Shown here: positions 31,001 to 40,271 of the stretch, piece by piece
How the letters are laid out: each line of letters starts with the position of its first letter
Position numbering within the stretch: the stretch's first letter is position 1
NCBI GenBank assembly: GCA_016840085.1
Contig: JAEOTA010000004.1
Location: forward strand, 96,001-160,000
Length of the DNA stretch: 64,000 nt
Reading direction: 5' to 3'
DNA from: Promethearchaeota archaeon
Lineage (GTDB): Archaea > Asgardarchaeota > Lokiarchaeia > Sigyniarchaeales > SOKP01
Translations under genes and position numbers: made by a program
The notes under the pieces: generated by a model
Databases searched by the model: none
The model's input: the letters and a program-made list of their open reading frames with translations, nothing else
What the model was told of the DNA's origin: nothing

Positions 31001-32910
31001 ATTTCAGCGATAGAATAAGATTTATCATCAAAATCAACTTTAGCGCCAATAATTTCTTCCTTAAATCTTGCTTGTTTGCAGTCTGGACAAGGAACCCAAG
31101 ATGATGGCAAGTGACGCATTTTTATTTCCAGAGCACCCATTCCCTTACAAGTTGGGCAAGCACCTTCAGGTCTATTAAATGAAAAATGCGACATACTTAG
31201 CCCCGTTTCTTTCGCATATAGTTTTCTTAAGATTTCCGATATTTTTGTATAGGTAGCAGGATTTGAACGGGGATTTTTTCCAATAGGACTTTGATCAACG
31301 ATTACTGATTTTAAAGAGGGTCCGATAATTTTCTTACAACCAATAGGTTTTTTCTTTTTTAGTGAGGCATGAAGAACTTCTTCGATCAAAGTGCTTTTTC
31401 CTGACCCTGAAACTCCCGTTATCACAGTTAATCGATTTAAAGGAATTTGAACATTTATCTTTTTTAAATTGTGCTTATTTGCTCCTTGGATTTTTAAGAA
31501 GAGATTAGTTTTTGATCTTAATTTAGGCGTGATAACTTTTTTTCTTAAACTAAAAAATTCTCCTGTAGGAGTATTGGATTCCCATAATTCTGAAGGTAAA
31601 CCTTTAAAAACAATTGATCCACCACTAGATCCCGCTCCAGGTCCTAAATCAATCGCATAATCCGCAGCTGCAGCTGCAATTCTATCATGTTCTACAAAAA
31701 TTACAGGTCCAGGTAATTTGTGAAAAATTGGTAAGAATTTAGTAACATTTGTAACATGTTGACCGATCGTTGGTTCATCGAGTACATGCAAAACATCTTC
31801 CAATTGGTTAATTAAAGTGAGTGCAATCCGTACTCTTTGTGATTCCCCTCGGGATAAAGTAGGAGATGATCGATCTAGCGTTAAATAATCGAGTCCTACT
31901 TCTTTTAACGCGGTTAATCGTTTTGTTATTTCAGAAAGCAAACGATTCGTAGAAGCTGATAATTTGATATTTTCGAAAAGCTTTAGAGCAGCTTTTACTG
32001 AATATCTTAAGAATTCGGTTATAAGTAGCCCTGAAAAATACACAGAAGAAGCCAATGGATGTAACCCTGTATTATTGCAGTGCTTACAACCCTTTCTTTT
32101 ACAGAATGGGCAGCCCATATGAAAATGTTTAGGTTCAACCTGCTTTAACCATGTACCGCATTCCGCGCAAGATGAGATTCCTGTAATCTTCTCGATTCTT
32201 TTACCAATCTTTATTTGAAGTATATTCGAGCCTAATGCTTGACTTTTTATAGTAATATCTCGTATATATTCAATTGACGTTGAACTATCCACTTGAGCTA
32301 TTTTAATTAATAATTTATGGTGATCATGCGGATTGAGTTCAATACCATCCCATTTTTTACCATCTATGTATAAATTCTCTAAAAGAAATTGTTTTGATAA
32401 AAGTTTGAGCAAGGTTTTATGGCTTCCAAACACATTATTTAGCAGTTGACAATAAACAACAACAGAATTTTTAATAGCCAAATTATGAAGATAATCAACT
32501 ATTTCATCTTGGGTTAAGATAACTACATTAGCACCACAATTTGGACATTTTCTTATTCCAAATCGTGCATAAAGCAGTCTAAGTAAAGGATGTAACCCTG
32601 ATGCTGTAGCTAAAGTAGAATTTGGATTTCTATTTAGCAAATTCTGTCCAACAGCAACCGCGGGACCTAATCCTGTTATTGAAGCTACTTTTGCAGGAGC
32701 TAGCTTATAAGAAGATCTCTGACTTGACCATTTTCGACTATAACCGAATAATTCAACTAATCGACGATTTGATTCATGATATAATGTATCGAAAACAAGT
32801 GACGATTTCCCTGAACCAGAAATTCCAGTGACAACAGTTAAACCATCTCTGAAGGTGACATCGATGTTTTTTAAGTTATTTTCTCTCGCTCCTTTAATCT
32901 CTATTTCCAT
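28021..32910 (-). CDS. Tandem-fused (double) UvrA-like ABC ATPase
   Basis: Four GxSGSGKS Walker A motifs, four LSxGE signatures and four DEP Walker B motifs, zinc fingers; 1629 aa. Confidence 0.92.
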   Translation of the reverse strand: MEIEIKGARENNLKNIDVTFRDGLTVVTGISGSGKSSLVFDTLYHESNRRLVELFGYSRKWSSQRSSYKLAPAKVASITGLGPAVAVGQNLLNRNPNSTLATASGLHPLLRLLYARFGIRKCPNCGANVVILTQDEIVDYLHNLAIKNSVVVYCQLLNNVFGSHKTLLKLLSKQFLLENLYIDGKKWDGIELNPHDHHKLLIKIAQVDSSTSIEYIRDITIKSQALGSNILQIKIGKRIEKITGISSCAECGTWLKQVEPKHFHMGCPFCKRKGCKHCNNTGLHPLASSVYFSGLLITEFLRYSVKAALKLFENIKLSASTNRLLSEITKRLTALKEVGLDYLTLDRSSPTLSRGESQRVRIALTLINQLEDVLHVLDEPTIGQHVTNVTKFLPIFHKLPGPVIFVEHDRIAAAAADYAIDLGPGAGSSGGSIVFKGLPSELWESNTPTGEFFSLRKKVITPKLRSKTNLFLKIQGANKHNLKKINVQIPLNRLTVITGVSGSGKSTLIEEVLHASLKKKKPIGCKKIIGPSLKSVIVDQSPIGKNPRSNPATYTKISEILRKLYAKETGLSMSHFSFNRPEGACPTCKGMGALEIKMRHLPSSWVPCPDCKQARFKEEIIGAKVDFDDKSYSIAEIYDLSISEIADLMEKENRLSLNDLENLKEMIRTLKDIGLGYLSLGQPSPSLSGGEAQRLKLSKYLGKSSLKSQIIILDEPSTGLHPQDLKGLLKILDRLVRARATVIIVEHNLDVIKTADWVIDLGPGAGDEGGHVIYSGPVDGLLECEDSQTAKALKLDESIIPSSKKGKNKISKKITIKNAHIHNLKGIDVEFPKNSINVVTGVSGSGKSSLVSDIIEAEAKRRFFETLSMYERQGIREGPEVMVDEISGLGVTSHVISTKAMHSRNFNIRNTIGKATEITHHIANLLAYLGKCICPECGASMIKKTEWICEKCNIRLPIPKPVHFDPSSYQAACRKCHGIGTINVPKPDKLIIHPEKPLCKGAMYSPGFFPQGYLCKPFNGGYYVLQALARRYNFDPANTPWNKISKEAQDVFLYGCDEPLEIHYENRKGEKYTRIGKFIGFYHGWVSEWDIGGTYTDIKTCDSCKGAKLRPEFLAFILNGYNMHQLSEIPFVDLLKVIEDISVNHEISAIIQNSHKTVLDRLKFLIKTGLGYVHLNRIAASLSAGEAQRVRLAGVLGSGLTSLTIILDEPSRGLHPSELEALLEALEELRDVGNTILMVEHDMFLIKSADYIVDLGPKAGIEGGKIVATGSPIDFKKKTTITANWLNGKKKFNFIKQERIPKKWLKIYGAKENNLKGETIEIPHGFLVGICGVSGSGKSTLLIDTIGRVLSPKKHTTSMAREPIKPGKYNKIEGELSQTIIIDQTRASVTSPMNYLGLRKNFFKIFAESEDAISLGLSEKVLNKKCTVCKGDGTIKTDMGFLPNIYDVCEVCNGTGYSMDAWRVKVKGVSLPELNDKTIDEIYELFKEEESIERKLKFVKDVGLGYLVLNQPAYTLSGGEVQRLKVAKELSKKSIKKSMYILDEPTVGQHMEDVSLLINVLHKLVENSHTVVVIEHHPHLLAACDWLIELGPGAGDDGGRLIATGTPEMIAAGKTPTAPYIKEVLEEIA

Positions 32911-32967
32911 TTATTGTCTTGATAATTTTTATGGATACTAACTTAAATATTTTTTAAAATACATAAA

Positions 32968-35469
32968 TTAATTTAAATAAAACCCCGTATTGGAATTTTG
33001 ATTGTTTTTGATTTCTTCAGGAGTTCCACTCGCAATTACTTCTCCTCCCTTTGGTCCTCCTTCAGGACCTAATTCTATAAGATAATCACAATAAAACAAG
33101 ATATCGGGGTCGTGTTCTATGATTATCACACTATTTCCATCTTGTACTAGTTGTTCAAGTAATTCCATCAGTTTTACAGCATCAAAAAATGATAAACCAA
33201 CTGTAGGTTCATCTAGAATATACAAGGAATTTCCCTTACGTGCCTTTCCTAATTCCTTTGCCAATTTTACACGCTGGGCTTCACCTCCACTCAAAGTTGG
33301 AGCAGGTTGTCCAAGCGTCATATATCCCATACCGATCTCATCAAGGATTTTTAATACTATTGATATATTTGGGTGGGATTTAAATAGTTCTAATGCTTCA
33401 CTTACTGTCATATCTAAAACCTCTGAAATTGTATGATCTTTATATTTAACCTCTAAGATTTCTGGTTTATACCTTAGACCTTTACATTCTTTACAAAGGA
33501 TAGTAAAACTACTGAGAAATGAAATTTGCAAATCTTGTTCACCAGTACCTTTACAATTAGGACACCTACCATTATCGGAATTATAAGAAAAATGTCCCGC
33601 CTTATAGTTTCTCTTTTTAGCTTCAGGTGTTTTGGCAAATAAATTTCTAATTTTATCCCAAATACCAATGAAAGAGCATGGCGTCGATGTTTTTACTCTA
33701 GATATTGGTTTTTGATTAACTACAATAACCTCATCCACATATTCCCATCCTTCTATAATCCCAGAATATTCTAAAAGGTCTTCGCCATTTTCTTCTTCTT
33801 CCTCATTGGTATTGTCCTTCTTTTTTTGTTCTTTTTTTGTTCCTCTTTTAAAGTGAGGTTTTAATAAAGGAACCAATGTATCTAATATGAGAGAACTTTT
33901 ACCGGAGCCTGATACACCTGCGATCCCTATCATTACTCCTAAGGGTATTTTTACAGTAATATCTTTTAAATTATTAGTATTAGCATTTCTTAAGATTAAG
34001 TAATTGGTTGTTTTATCGATGATTCGTCGTGTTTCAGTTTCTTTATTTGGTAATTTAATATTCCCCGCTAGAAATTGACCCGTATATGAATTTTTTACTT
34101 TTACAATCCCTTCAAGTGAACCTTGATACACTATTTCTCCACCGTTCACACCTGCGCCTGGACCAATATCAATCACCTCCTCAGCAATATTTATAAAATG
34201 CTTATCATGCTCAACAATAATGACAGTATTTCCTAAATCTTTCAATTTTTTTAATATATTAATTAATGATTCCTTTTCTTGTTCATGTAAACTCATACTG
34301 GGTTCATCTAATATATAAATAAGGGAATCAAGACCACTATCTAAATGTATCATGAGCGATAATCGCTGAAGTTCCCCACCACTCAATGTAGGTAAGGAAC
34401 GATGTAAATGTAGATAGGAAAGACCAACATTTATCATACTTTTTAAACTTTCTAATAGACTATCTAACATTGATTTACCTTGTGGACTTTTCACATGCTT
34501 TTCATCTATGTTTTCTAAAAATTCTTTCAATTCATCAATAGTCATCATTGCTAGTTCTCCTATGTGTTTATCTCCAATTTTTATCTCTCTTGCTTGATCA
34601 TTTATACGATACCCATCACATTCGTCACATTTTTGCTTTACCATGAAATTTTTATGGATCTTATTTTGTCTATAAGTACTTTTACTTTCGATTAAAGCCC
34701 TTTTAATATGTGGAATAATTCCCTCAAATACACGTTCCAACTCTCCACTAAAGGTTTTTGATTCCCATTGAAATTTAAGCTTTCTTCCACTTCCATATAA
34801 AAAAACTCGCTTAACATCCTCAGGTAAATCCTTATAGGATATGTTAATATCAAAATTATAAAATCTCGGTAATTGTTCGACAAATCGAATTTGATCTGCA
34901 AATACTCCTGATCCTGCTCTCGTAATTTGTATAAGATTTCTATTATAATCTTGCACTATCATTTCTTCTGTAATATTTAAAGTATAACCCCTCCCTTTAC
35001 AATTCAAACACATGCCAGAAGGTTCATTAAATGAAAAATGTTTAATTTGCTTTCTTTCTATAATCATTCCACATAAATCACACTCTAAATTATCATTAAC
35101 AGGTTCTTTACAAATCGGACAGATTAAGACTCCTTCAGTAGCATATAGCATTCTCAGTAGTCCATAAATCCCTGTTTTAGTTCCAACAGTAGAACGTGGA
35201 TTAAATACACGTGTGGTTCTCTGTTCCACTGCAACTGTTGGACTTAATCCTTCAATCATATCAAATGGTTTCTCATCCTCAAATTTTGGGGGAAACCCAA
35301 TTGATTGAAGATATCTGTTCATCCCTTCATCGAATATAATATCAAATGCCAAACTAGATTTACCCGAACCTGAGACCCCAGTAATAAGTATTATTTTTCC
35401 TTTAGGTATATTTACGTTGATATTCTTAAGATTATGGATCCTTGCGCCTATAACTTTAATTTCATCCAT
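32968..35469 (-). CDS. uvrA: UvrA-like protein (class II, no UvrB-binding domain)
   Basis: GARIHNLKN, two GVSGSGKSS motifs, two LSGGE signatures, short CPIC..CDLC segment; start at ATG 35469 (MDEIK). Confidence 0.92.
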   Translation of the reverse strand: MDEIKVIGARIHNLKNINVNIPKGKIILITGVSGSGKSSLAFDIIFDEGMNRYLQSIGFPPKFEDEKPFDMIEGLSPTVAVEQRTTRVFNPRSTVGTKTGIYGLLRMLYATEGVLICPICKEPVNDNLECDLCGMIIERKQIKHFSFNEPSGMCLNCKGRGYTLNITEEMIVQDYNRNLIQITRAGSGVFADQIRFVEQLPRFYNFDINISYKDLPEDVKRVFLYGSGRKLKFQWESKTFSGELERVFEGIIPHIKRALIESKSTYRQNKIHKNFMVKQKCDECDGYRINDQAREIKIGDKHIGELAMMTIDELKEFLENIDEKHVKSPQGKSMLDSLLESLKSMINVGLSYLHLHRSLPTLSGGELQRLSLMIHLDSGLDSLIYILDEPSMSLHEQEKESLINILKKLKDLGNTVIIVEHDKHFINIAEEVIDIGPGAGVNGGEIVYQGSLEGIVKVKNSYTGQFLAGNIKLPNKETETRRIIDKTTNYLILRNANTNNLKDITVKIPLGVMIGIAGVSGSGKSSLILDTLVPLLKPHFKRGTKKEQKKKDNTNEEEEENGEDLLEYSGIIEGWEYVDEVIVVNQKPISRVKTSTPCSFIGIWDKIRNLFAKTPEAKKRNYKAGHFSYNSDNGRCPNCKGTGEQDLQISFLSSFTILCKECKGLRYKPEILEVKYKDHTISEVLDMTVSEALELFKSHPNISIVLKILDEIGMGYMTLGQPAPTLSGGEAQRVKLAKELGKARKGNSLYILDEPTVGLSFFDAVKLMELLEQLVQDGNSVIIIEHDPDILFYCDYLIELGPEGGPKGGEVIASGTPEEIKNNQNSNTGFYLN

Positions 35470-35489
35470 TTTTTCATACTTCTCTTCTA

Positions 35490-36161
35490 CTATTTGATTT
35501 TTTGCAATATGTAAGTTACACAATCAAATCCCGCAGGATCTTTCTTGACCATTTCTATTTCCATTACATGACGTTTAATTTCTTCAATATCATCGAGATT
35601 ATCATACTTTTTACGTAAAATATTAATCTTTTCCTCCAAGGGGGAATAATATTGCATCCACCAGCATTCTCTTTCCCAAGGTATTTGCTTGATGAGCTTG
35701 AAGCCAAATTTAGGGAAATGCTTGAGCTTCCTATTTGCCCAGTTATTCGCTTCACCTGTAACCATAAAACCATTCAATTTCAGGACCCTATTACATTCTG
35801 TTAAGGCTCTTGTGAGATCAAGTAAATGTATAACTCCTTCCTCCCAAATGATATCAAAACTCCCATCCTCAAATTTTGTATCATATACTGAACGATTATA
35901 CACTTTGACCCTGTCTGAAAGACCTTCTTGCTTAATCTTAAGATTTAGTTTATCCAAGGCTCCTTGATCAATATCAATTCCAGTTACCTCACCATTACTT
36001 AACTTCGCTAACTCTAAAGTAGGCATTCCCGTACCGCATCCAATATCGAGGATACGAGGTTTGTTTCTCTCTGGAATACTTTCAAATGCTTTTCTCGTAT
36101 ATTTGAGAAAAACTGAGCGAAATCCTTCAGCATCAAGTTCCCTTAATATTTCTTCAGACAT
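35490..36161 (-). CDS. Class I SAM-dependent methyltransferase
   Basis: ILDIGCGTG, GIDID, FDIIWEEG. Confidence 0.9.
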   Translation of the reverse strand: MSEEILRELDAEGFRSVFLKYTRKAFESIPERNKPRILDIGCGTGMPTLELAKLSNGEVTGIDIDQGALDKLNLKIKQEGLSDRVKVYNRSVYDTKFEDGSFDIIWEEGVIHLLDLTRALTECNRVLKLNGFMVTGEANNWANRKLKHFPKFGFKLIKQIPWERECWWMQYYSPLEEKINILRKKYDNLDDIEEIKRHVMEIEMVKKDPAGFDCVTYILQKIK

Positions 36162-36223
36162 TTTCTCTTCATTCTTCCTTTATAATATTATAAATTTTCC
36201 ACTTGTTCCACATATTTTTAATA

Positions 36224-36655
36224 TTAATATGTTTTATTTGGATTAATTCTCTTACTACAATTATAGCATTCCATATCGTGAACGCAAATTTCTCCCCCAC
36301 ATTCAGGGCAAGTATAGAGATCTACTTGCTCTTTTAACCATTTTTCGGTCCCTATCTCTTCAATTCTTTTTAAGTTATTAATCATATTAACATTATATTT
36401 TTCTTGATAATGAAAATTAATTTTTTTTAAATTTTGACAAGGAAATTTATTACATTCATAGCAAAACTCAATTTGCTTGTTTCTTAAAAGTGAACAATCT
36501 CTTCTGATAAAAGCACAGTTTTTATTTCTGATTCTACATCCTTTACATCCTATTTTATAACCTCTCTCTTCAAGCAAATCCTTTTTCCAGAGAAGATATT
36601 GTCTACAAGCTCCACAATATATTCCACATGGAGCTAATAAATTATTATCTACCAT
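36224..36655 (-). CDS. DUF3795 Cys-rich protein
   Basis: LAPCGIYCGAC...CKGCR...FCYECNKFPC...CPECG. Confidence 0.85.
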   Translation of the reverse strand: MVDNNLLAPCGIYCGACRQYLLWKKDLLEERGYKIGCKGCRIRNKNCAFIRRDCSLLRNKQIEFCYECNKFPCQNLKKINFHYQEKYNVNMINNLKRIEEIGTEKWLKEQVDLYTCPECGGEICVHDMECYNCSKRINPNKTY

Positions 36656-36666
36656 CTTAACCTCAT

Positions 36667-37800
36667 TTAAATCTTTATTTTTGATAATATTTTGAATAAA
36701 TCTTCTTCTTTTGAGAGAATGTTGAGGGCTATATTATGTAATTCACTCAAATCTACATGGTTTAAACAATCGTCTTTGTATTCATACGCGGCATATTTTA
36801 AAGTTTCTGCGATCAAAGACCAATTTTTAGCTGAATCATCAATAATGGGAATAGTATCTTCGACAATCTTGAATTCGTCAATTGTCCACGCTCTTGAGCC
36901 TTCTTTTAACTCTGGATGGGTCAATAATTCTTCAAGGTATTTTTTATATAAATTTCTAAATAATGCACCCCCAGTCCCCCAAGTTTCAATATAACCATGT
37001 ATCAATTCAAACATTAATCTTGCACGCGAGATTGTGTTCCCTTCTGGATCCATCGTTTCACCTTGTAATTTGATTTTCCATTCTGGAATTGAACGTGTTA
37101 ATAATTTTAACCCTTGAATACCGTTATTATTCATTGAGGGACGCAACATATTATTTACTACTTTTTGTATTGCAAGTTTAACCCCTGCAGCTAAAGGAGG
37201 ATGCTTTCCATCTGCTCTTTTTTGCATAGAAAATTGAGTGTTTTTCGGGTGCATAAATTTTGGTCCATATTCAGAACTTCGACCTCTCTTTAATTGCTCT
37301 ATCGTAACCTCTTTCAATCCTTCAAATTCAGAATCTCCTACAAAGACAATCCCTTTTTCCTCATCATATCCAGCCAATGTGATTGCATGTCCACCGAAGT
37401 GAAAATTTCCTTCTTGTTCGAAATAAGGTAAATATCCTAAGTCAATTTGAATAATTAATGGTATATCTTGATTAAGTAATTTTTTTGATTCTTCCCATGC
37501 TTTATTAGCACTAGAAAAAGACTGTTTTCTTAATATAATTCCTAGTAAACGGCATGCTAATGAGTTAGGTTCAATAGTACCTTGCTTACCTCCCAAGAAA
37601 AAAGGTACATCTGATTCTGGAATAAAAGATACGCTACTTGTAGTATCCAAAAAACCAAATCCCAATGTGGCATCTAAACCAAATACCATTTGTTCTGACA
37701 TTGGAAAGCTATAAAATTCAAAAAGATCTCTCATTGAGGAAGATTCACAATGATTTCCAACTCGGTGGACAAATCTATTTATCTTGTGTTTTTGAACCAA
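36667..37800 (-). CDS. BtrH-like (papain-fold) protein with DUF4872-like C-terminus
   Basis: GNHCESS, DLGYLPYF..HFGGHAITLAGYD, GTGGALFRNLY. Confidence 0.85.
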   Translation of the reverse strand: MVQKHKINRFVHRVGNHCESSSMRDLFEFYSFPMSEQMVFGLDATLGFGFLDTTSSVSFIPESDVPFFLGGKQGTIEPNSLACRLLGIILRKQSFSSANKAWEESKKLLNQDIPLIIQIDLGYLPYFEQEGNFHFGGHAITLAGYDEEKGIVFVGDSEFEGLKEVTIEQLKRGRSSEYGPKFMHPKNTQFSMQKRADGKHPPLAAGVKLAIQKVVNNMLRPSMNNNGIQGLKLLTRSIPEWKIKLQGETMDPEGNTISRARLMFELIHGYIETWGTGGALFRNLYKKYLEELLTHPELKEGSRAWTIDEFKIVEDTIPIIDDSAKNWSLIAETLKYAAYEYKDDCLNHVDLSELHNIALNILSKEEDLFKILSKIKI

Positions 37801-38356
37801 TATTACCCTCTTCTTTTTTAATTTCTCCTAACACCCAATTCAAAAATTCAATGTCGATTCCTAATATTTTAATAGGATGTACAAAAAGACCTCTTACGTT
37901 TAACGGCATATGGGAATTTTTTTCTAACATATCTTCTAATTCCTTTTTATGCTTCTTTATTTTATTTAAAGAACTATTAATTGCTTCAATTTGCTGTTCA
38001 TTAGTTAATATAGGGAGCAAGGAAAACGCAACGTAAAAGTCTTCGTCTTTCTTTCCTATAAAATCTTTAAGAATATTGTAGACATTCTCCTTAAGAGTTT
38101 TAAATCCATTTTCCGAAATTGAATATACTTTACGAATTCTATTATCAACTTCTTCTCTATAGGACTCAACTAATCCATTTTTTTCTAAATTATTCAAATC
38201 ATTATATATTGATGATTTTCCAATACTAGTCCAATCTCTCATTCCTCTTTCATCAATTCTTTGATTAATACTGTAAGCATGACTGGGATATTCTGCTATC
38301 AGACCTAAAACAACAAATTCGCGATGATTTAATTCATAAATTTCTTCTGAAGCCAT
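37775..38356 (-). CDS. PadR family regulator
   Basis: VVLGLIAEYPSHAYSI...SSIYNDLNNLEKNGLV...RKVYSISENG. Confidence 0.9.
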   Translation of the reverse strand: MASEEIYELNHREFVVLGLIAEYPSHAYSINQRIDERGMRDWTSIGKSSIYNDLNNLEKNGLVESYREEVDNRIRKVYSISENGFKTLKENVYNILKDFIGKKDEDFYVAFSLLPILTNEQQIEAINSSLNKIKKHKKELEDMLEKNSHMPLNVRGLFVHPIKILGIDIEFLNWVLGEIKKEEGNIGSKTQDK

Positions 38357-38388
38357 CTTTATTTAAATTTATTTTTGAATAATTATCC

Positions 38389-38442
38389 AATATTCCATAT
38401 ATAGAATATTATCTAATAGGAATATTATTGAACGAGAATATT
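38389..38442. promoter_or_regulatory. Putative PadR operator array
   Basis: AATATT at 38389, 38405, 38421 and 38437 (exact 16-bp period), including AATATTC-N8-GAATATT, next to a TTTAAA box. Confidence 0.6.
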
Positions 38443-38677
38443 TAAATGTTTTTGAATTGTAAAAATTAATAATTACAAACGTATAATTACTGATTTCTAG
38501 AAATTTATAATTATATCTTATTTGTTGAAAAGTATAGATAAATTTAAAATTCCTTATTCCAAAGTTAACGAAAATAGGCTTTTATTGATAAAAGCAAAAT
38601 GTTATTAACAAATTTGTATTAAATTCTTTAGAGATATTGAATAAATCGTTTTTTAAGCCAATTTAAGGAACTAAATT

Positions 38678-40102
38678 ATGGATACTGAAGCAGAAAAAAT
38701 CTTAGTTAGCATCGCTGAGAGAGCACAGTTAGCTGAAGGCATCGAAGGTATTCGTTCAATTTTATTAACAATGTATCGCTTCCCTTCCCTTAAAAATAAG
38801 ATCTTAGCTCAAAAAACTGGAATTGCAATTCCCACAATTGCCGCTGTTAGAAGTGAATTAGTCAAAGCTGACATTATTGAAAAGAGAAATTTTCTTGGAA
38901 TAAAAGGAAGAGAATGGGTAAGAACAAAATTAAAGTTGATTTTTGATTATGATCCCCTTCCAGGAAACTTCGATAGTGTCATAAAAGAAATACCAGAAGA
39001 ATTTTCTTATTTAAATAAAATTAAAGAATTTATTAATAACCGTCCAACTCCAGAATTTTCTCTTGACCAATCCCATGCAGATTTCCCTACAATTATAAAA
39101 AAAACGTTATATCTACTTAAAAAAGGAGATATTGAGGGAAGAAGGATTATTTTCTTAGGCGATGATGACGTTATTTCATTAGCAGTAGGTATGACTAAAT
39201 TAGCGAAAGAAATAACAGTACTAGACTTAGACAATAGAGTTTTAGATTTCATCTCCCAATCGGCTGAAGAACTCTCTTTAAATAATTTTAATGCTCTATC
39301 TCATGATCTAAGAGAACCAAGTCCTAGTACTATTATTAACAAATATGATCTGGTTGTAACGGATCCCCCTTATACTAATGAGGGATTAAGATTATTTTTA
39401 AAAAGAGCTAGAGAAGTTTTAAAATCGAATGTTAGTATTGATAGTAAAACCTATCCTATAATAGGCAAGAAATGCCTTCTCAGTTTTGGAAATAAACCAC
39501 CCGAAGAAATGCAGAAATTACAAATGTCAATATTAGATCATGATTTCATAATTAATGAAATGATCCCTGATTTCAATCATTACGAGGGTGCAAGTATAAT
39601 TGGCAAATTTAGTCATCTTTATTACCTACAATCAGTAATGAATCCAAACAGTAGGTACACACTTAACCTTACTTCATACCCTATCTACACTTCTGAAATA
39701 AAAAATAAAAGTGAATCACTATTTCGTCCTATTGGATATCACTTTGTAGGAGAAATGCGTTTTAATAATCAAAAATCACTTTTAGAGAATAAACGAATTC
39801 AAAAGATATTTTTGGATTCTCTTATTGATGCAGATTTAATAATACTTGATGTATACCATCATAATTACCATCCTTTTGGCTATAGTATTATTGCTATATT
39901 AGAAACTAGTCATGCTGCCCTTCATACGTGGCCAGAGCATGGCTATATTAGTATAGATATTTTTATATGTGATGAATATTCAAAAGGTTTGAAAGTTATT
40001 AATTATTTAAAAAATCAATTTAATCCTATTAAATCTGACTTTTTCTATATGGAACGTGGTAAAAAATCGAAGATTACATTTGAACCAATCGAAATGCAAT
40101 GA
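38678..40102 (+). CDS. Fusion: branched-chain polyamine synthase (BpsA-like) + pyruvoyl-dependent AdoMet decarboxylase (SpeD/SpeH-like)
   Basis: RP....LDQ, FLGDDD.ISLA and TDPPYT..GL.LFL.R (BpsA). C-terminal GYHFVGE...ILETSHAALHTWPEHGYISIDIFIC (AdoMetDC). Confidence 0.88.
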   Translation: MDTEAEKILVSIAERAQLAEGIEGIRSILLTMYRFPSLKNKILAQKTGIAIPTIAAVRSELVKADIIEKRNFLGIKGREWVRTKLKLIFDYDPLPGNFDSVIKEIPEEFSYLNKIKEFINNRPTPEFSLDQSHADFPTIIKKTLYLLKKGDIEGRRIIFLGDDDVISLAVGMTKLAKEITVLDLDNRVLDFISQSAEELSLNNFNALSHDLREPSPSTIINKYDLVVTDPPYTNEGLRLFLKRAREVLKSNVSIDSKTYPIIGKKCLLSFGNKPPEEMQKLQMSILDHDFIINEMIPDFNHYEGASIIGKFSHLYYLQSVMNPNSRYTLNLTSYPIYTSEIKNKSESLFRPIGYHFVGEMRFNNQKSLLENKRIQKIFLDSLIDADLIILDVYHHNYHPFGYSIIAILETSHAALHTWPEHGYISIDIFICDEYSKGLKVINYLKNQFNPIKSDFFYMERGKKSKITFEPIEMQ

Positions 40103-40271
40103 TATTTTTCTTGAATCTTGAATCTTATTCATTTTTACAAATAAATAAGCAACTTCTATAGATTCTAGTTTAAAAAAAATAAGTTTGGAAAATCATAGAT
40201 ATAACGATATTACCTTCTTTTTAATTAAACATTTCAATATTTATTACAGTATTTATAATCTATTTTTAACT

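Noticed and set aside
35470-35523. N-terminal extension of UvrA in the ORF track
   Set aside because: It overlaps the methyltransferase gene; UvrA homology starts at MDEIK (35469).
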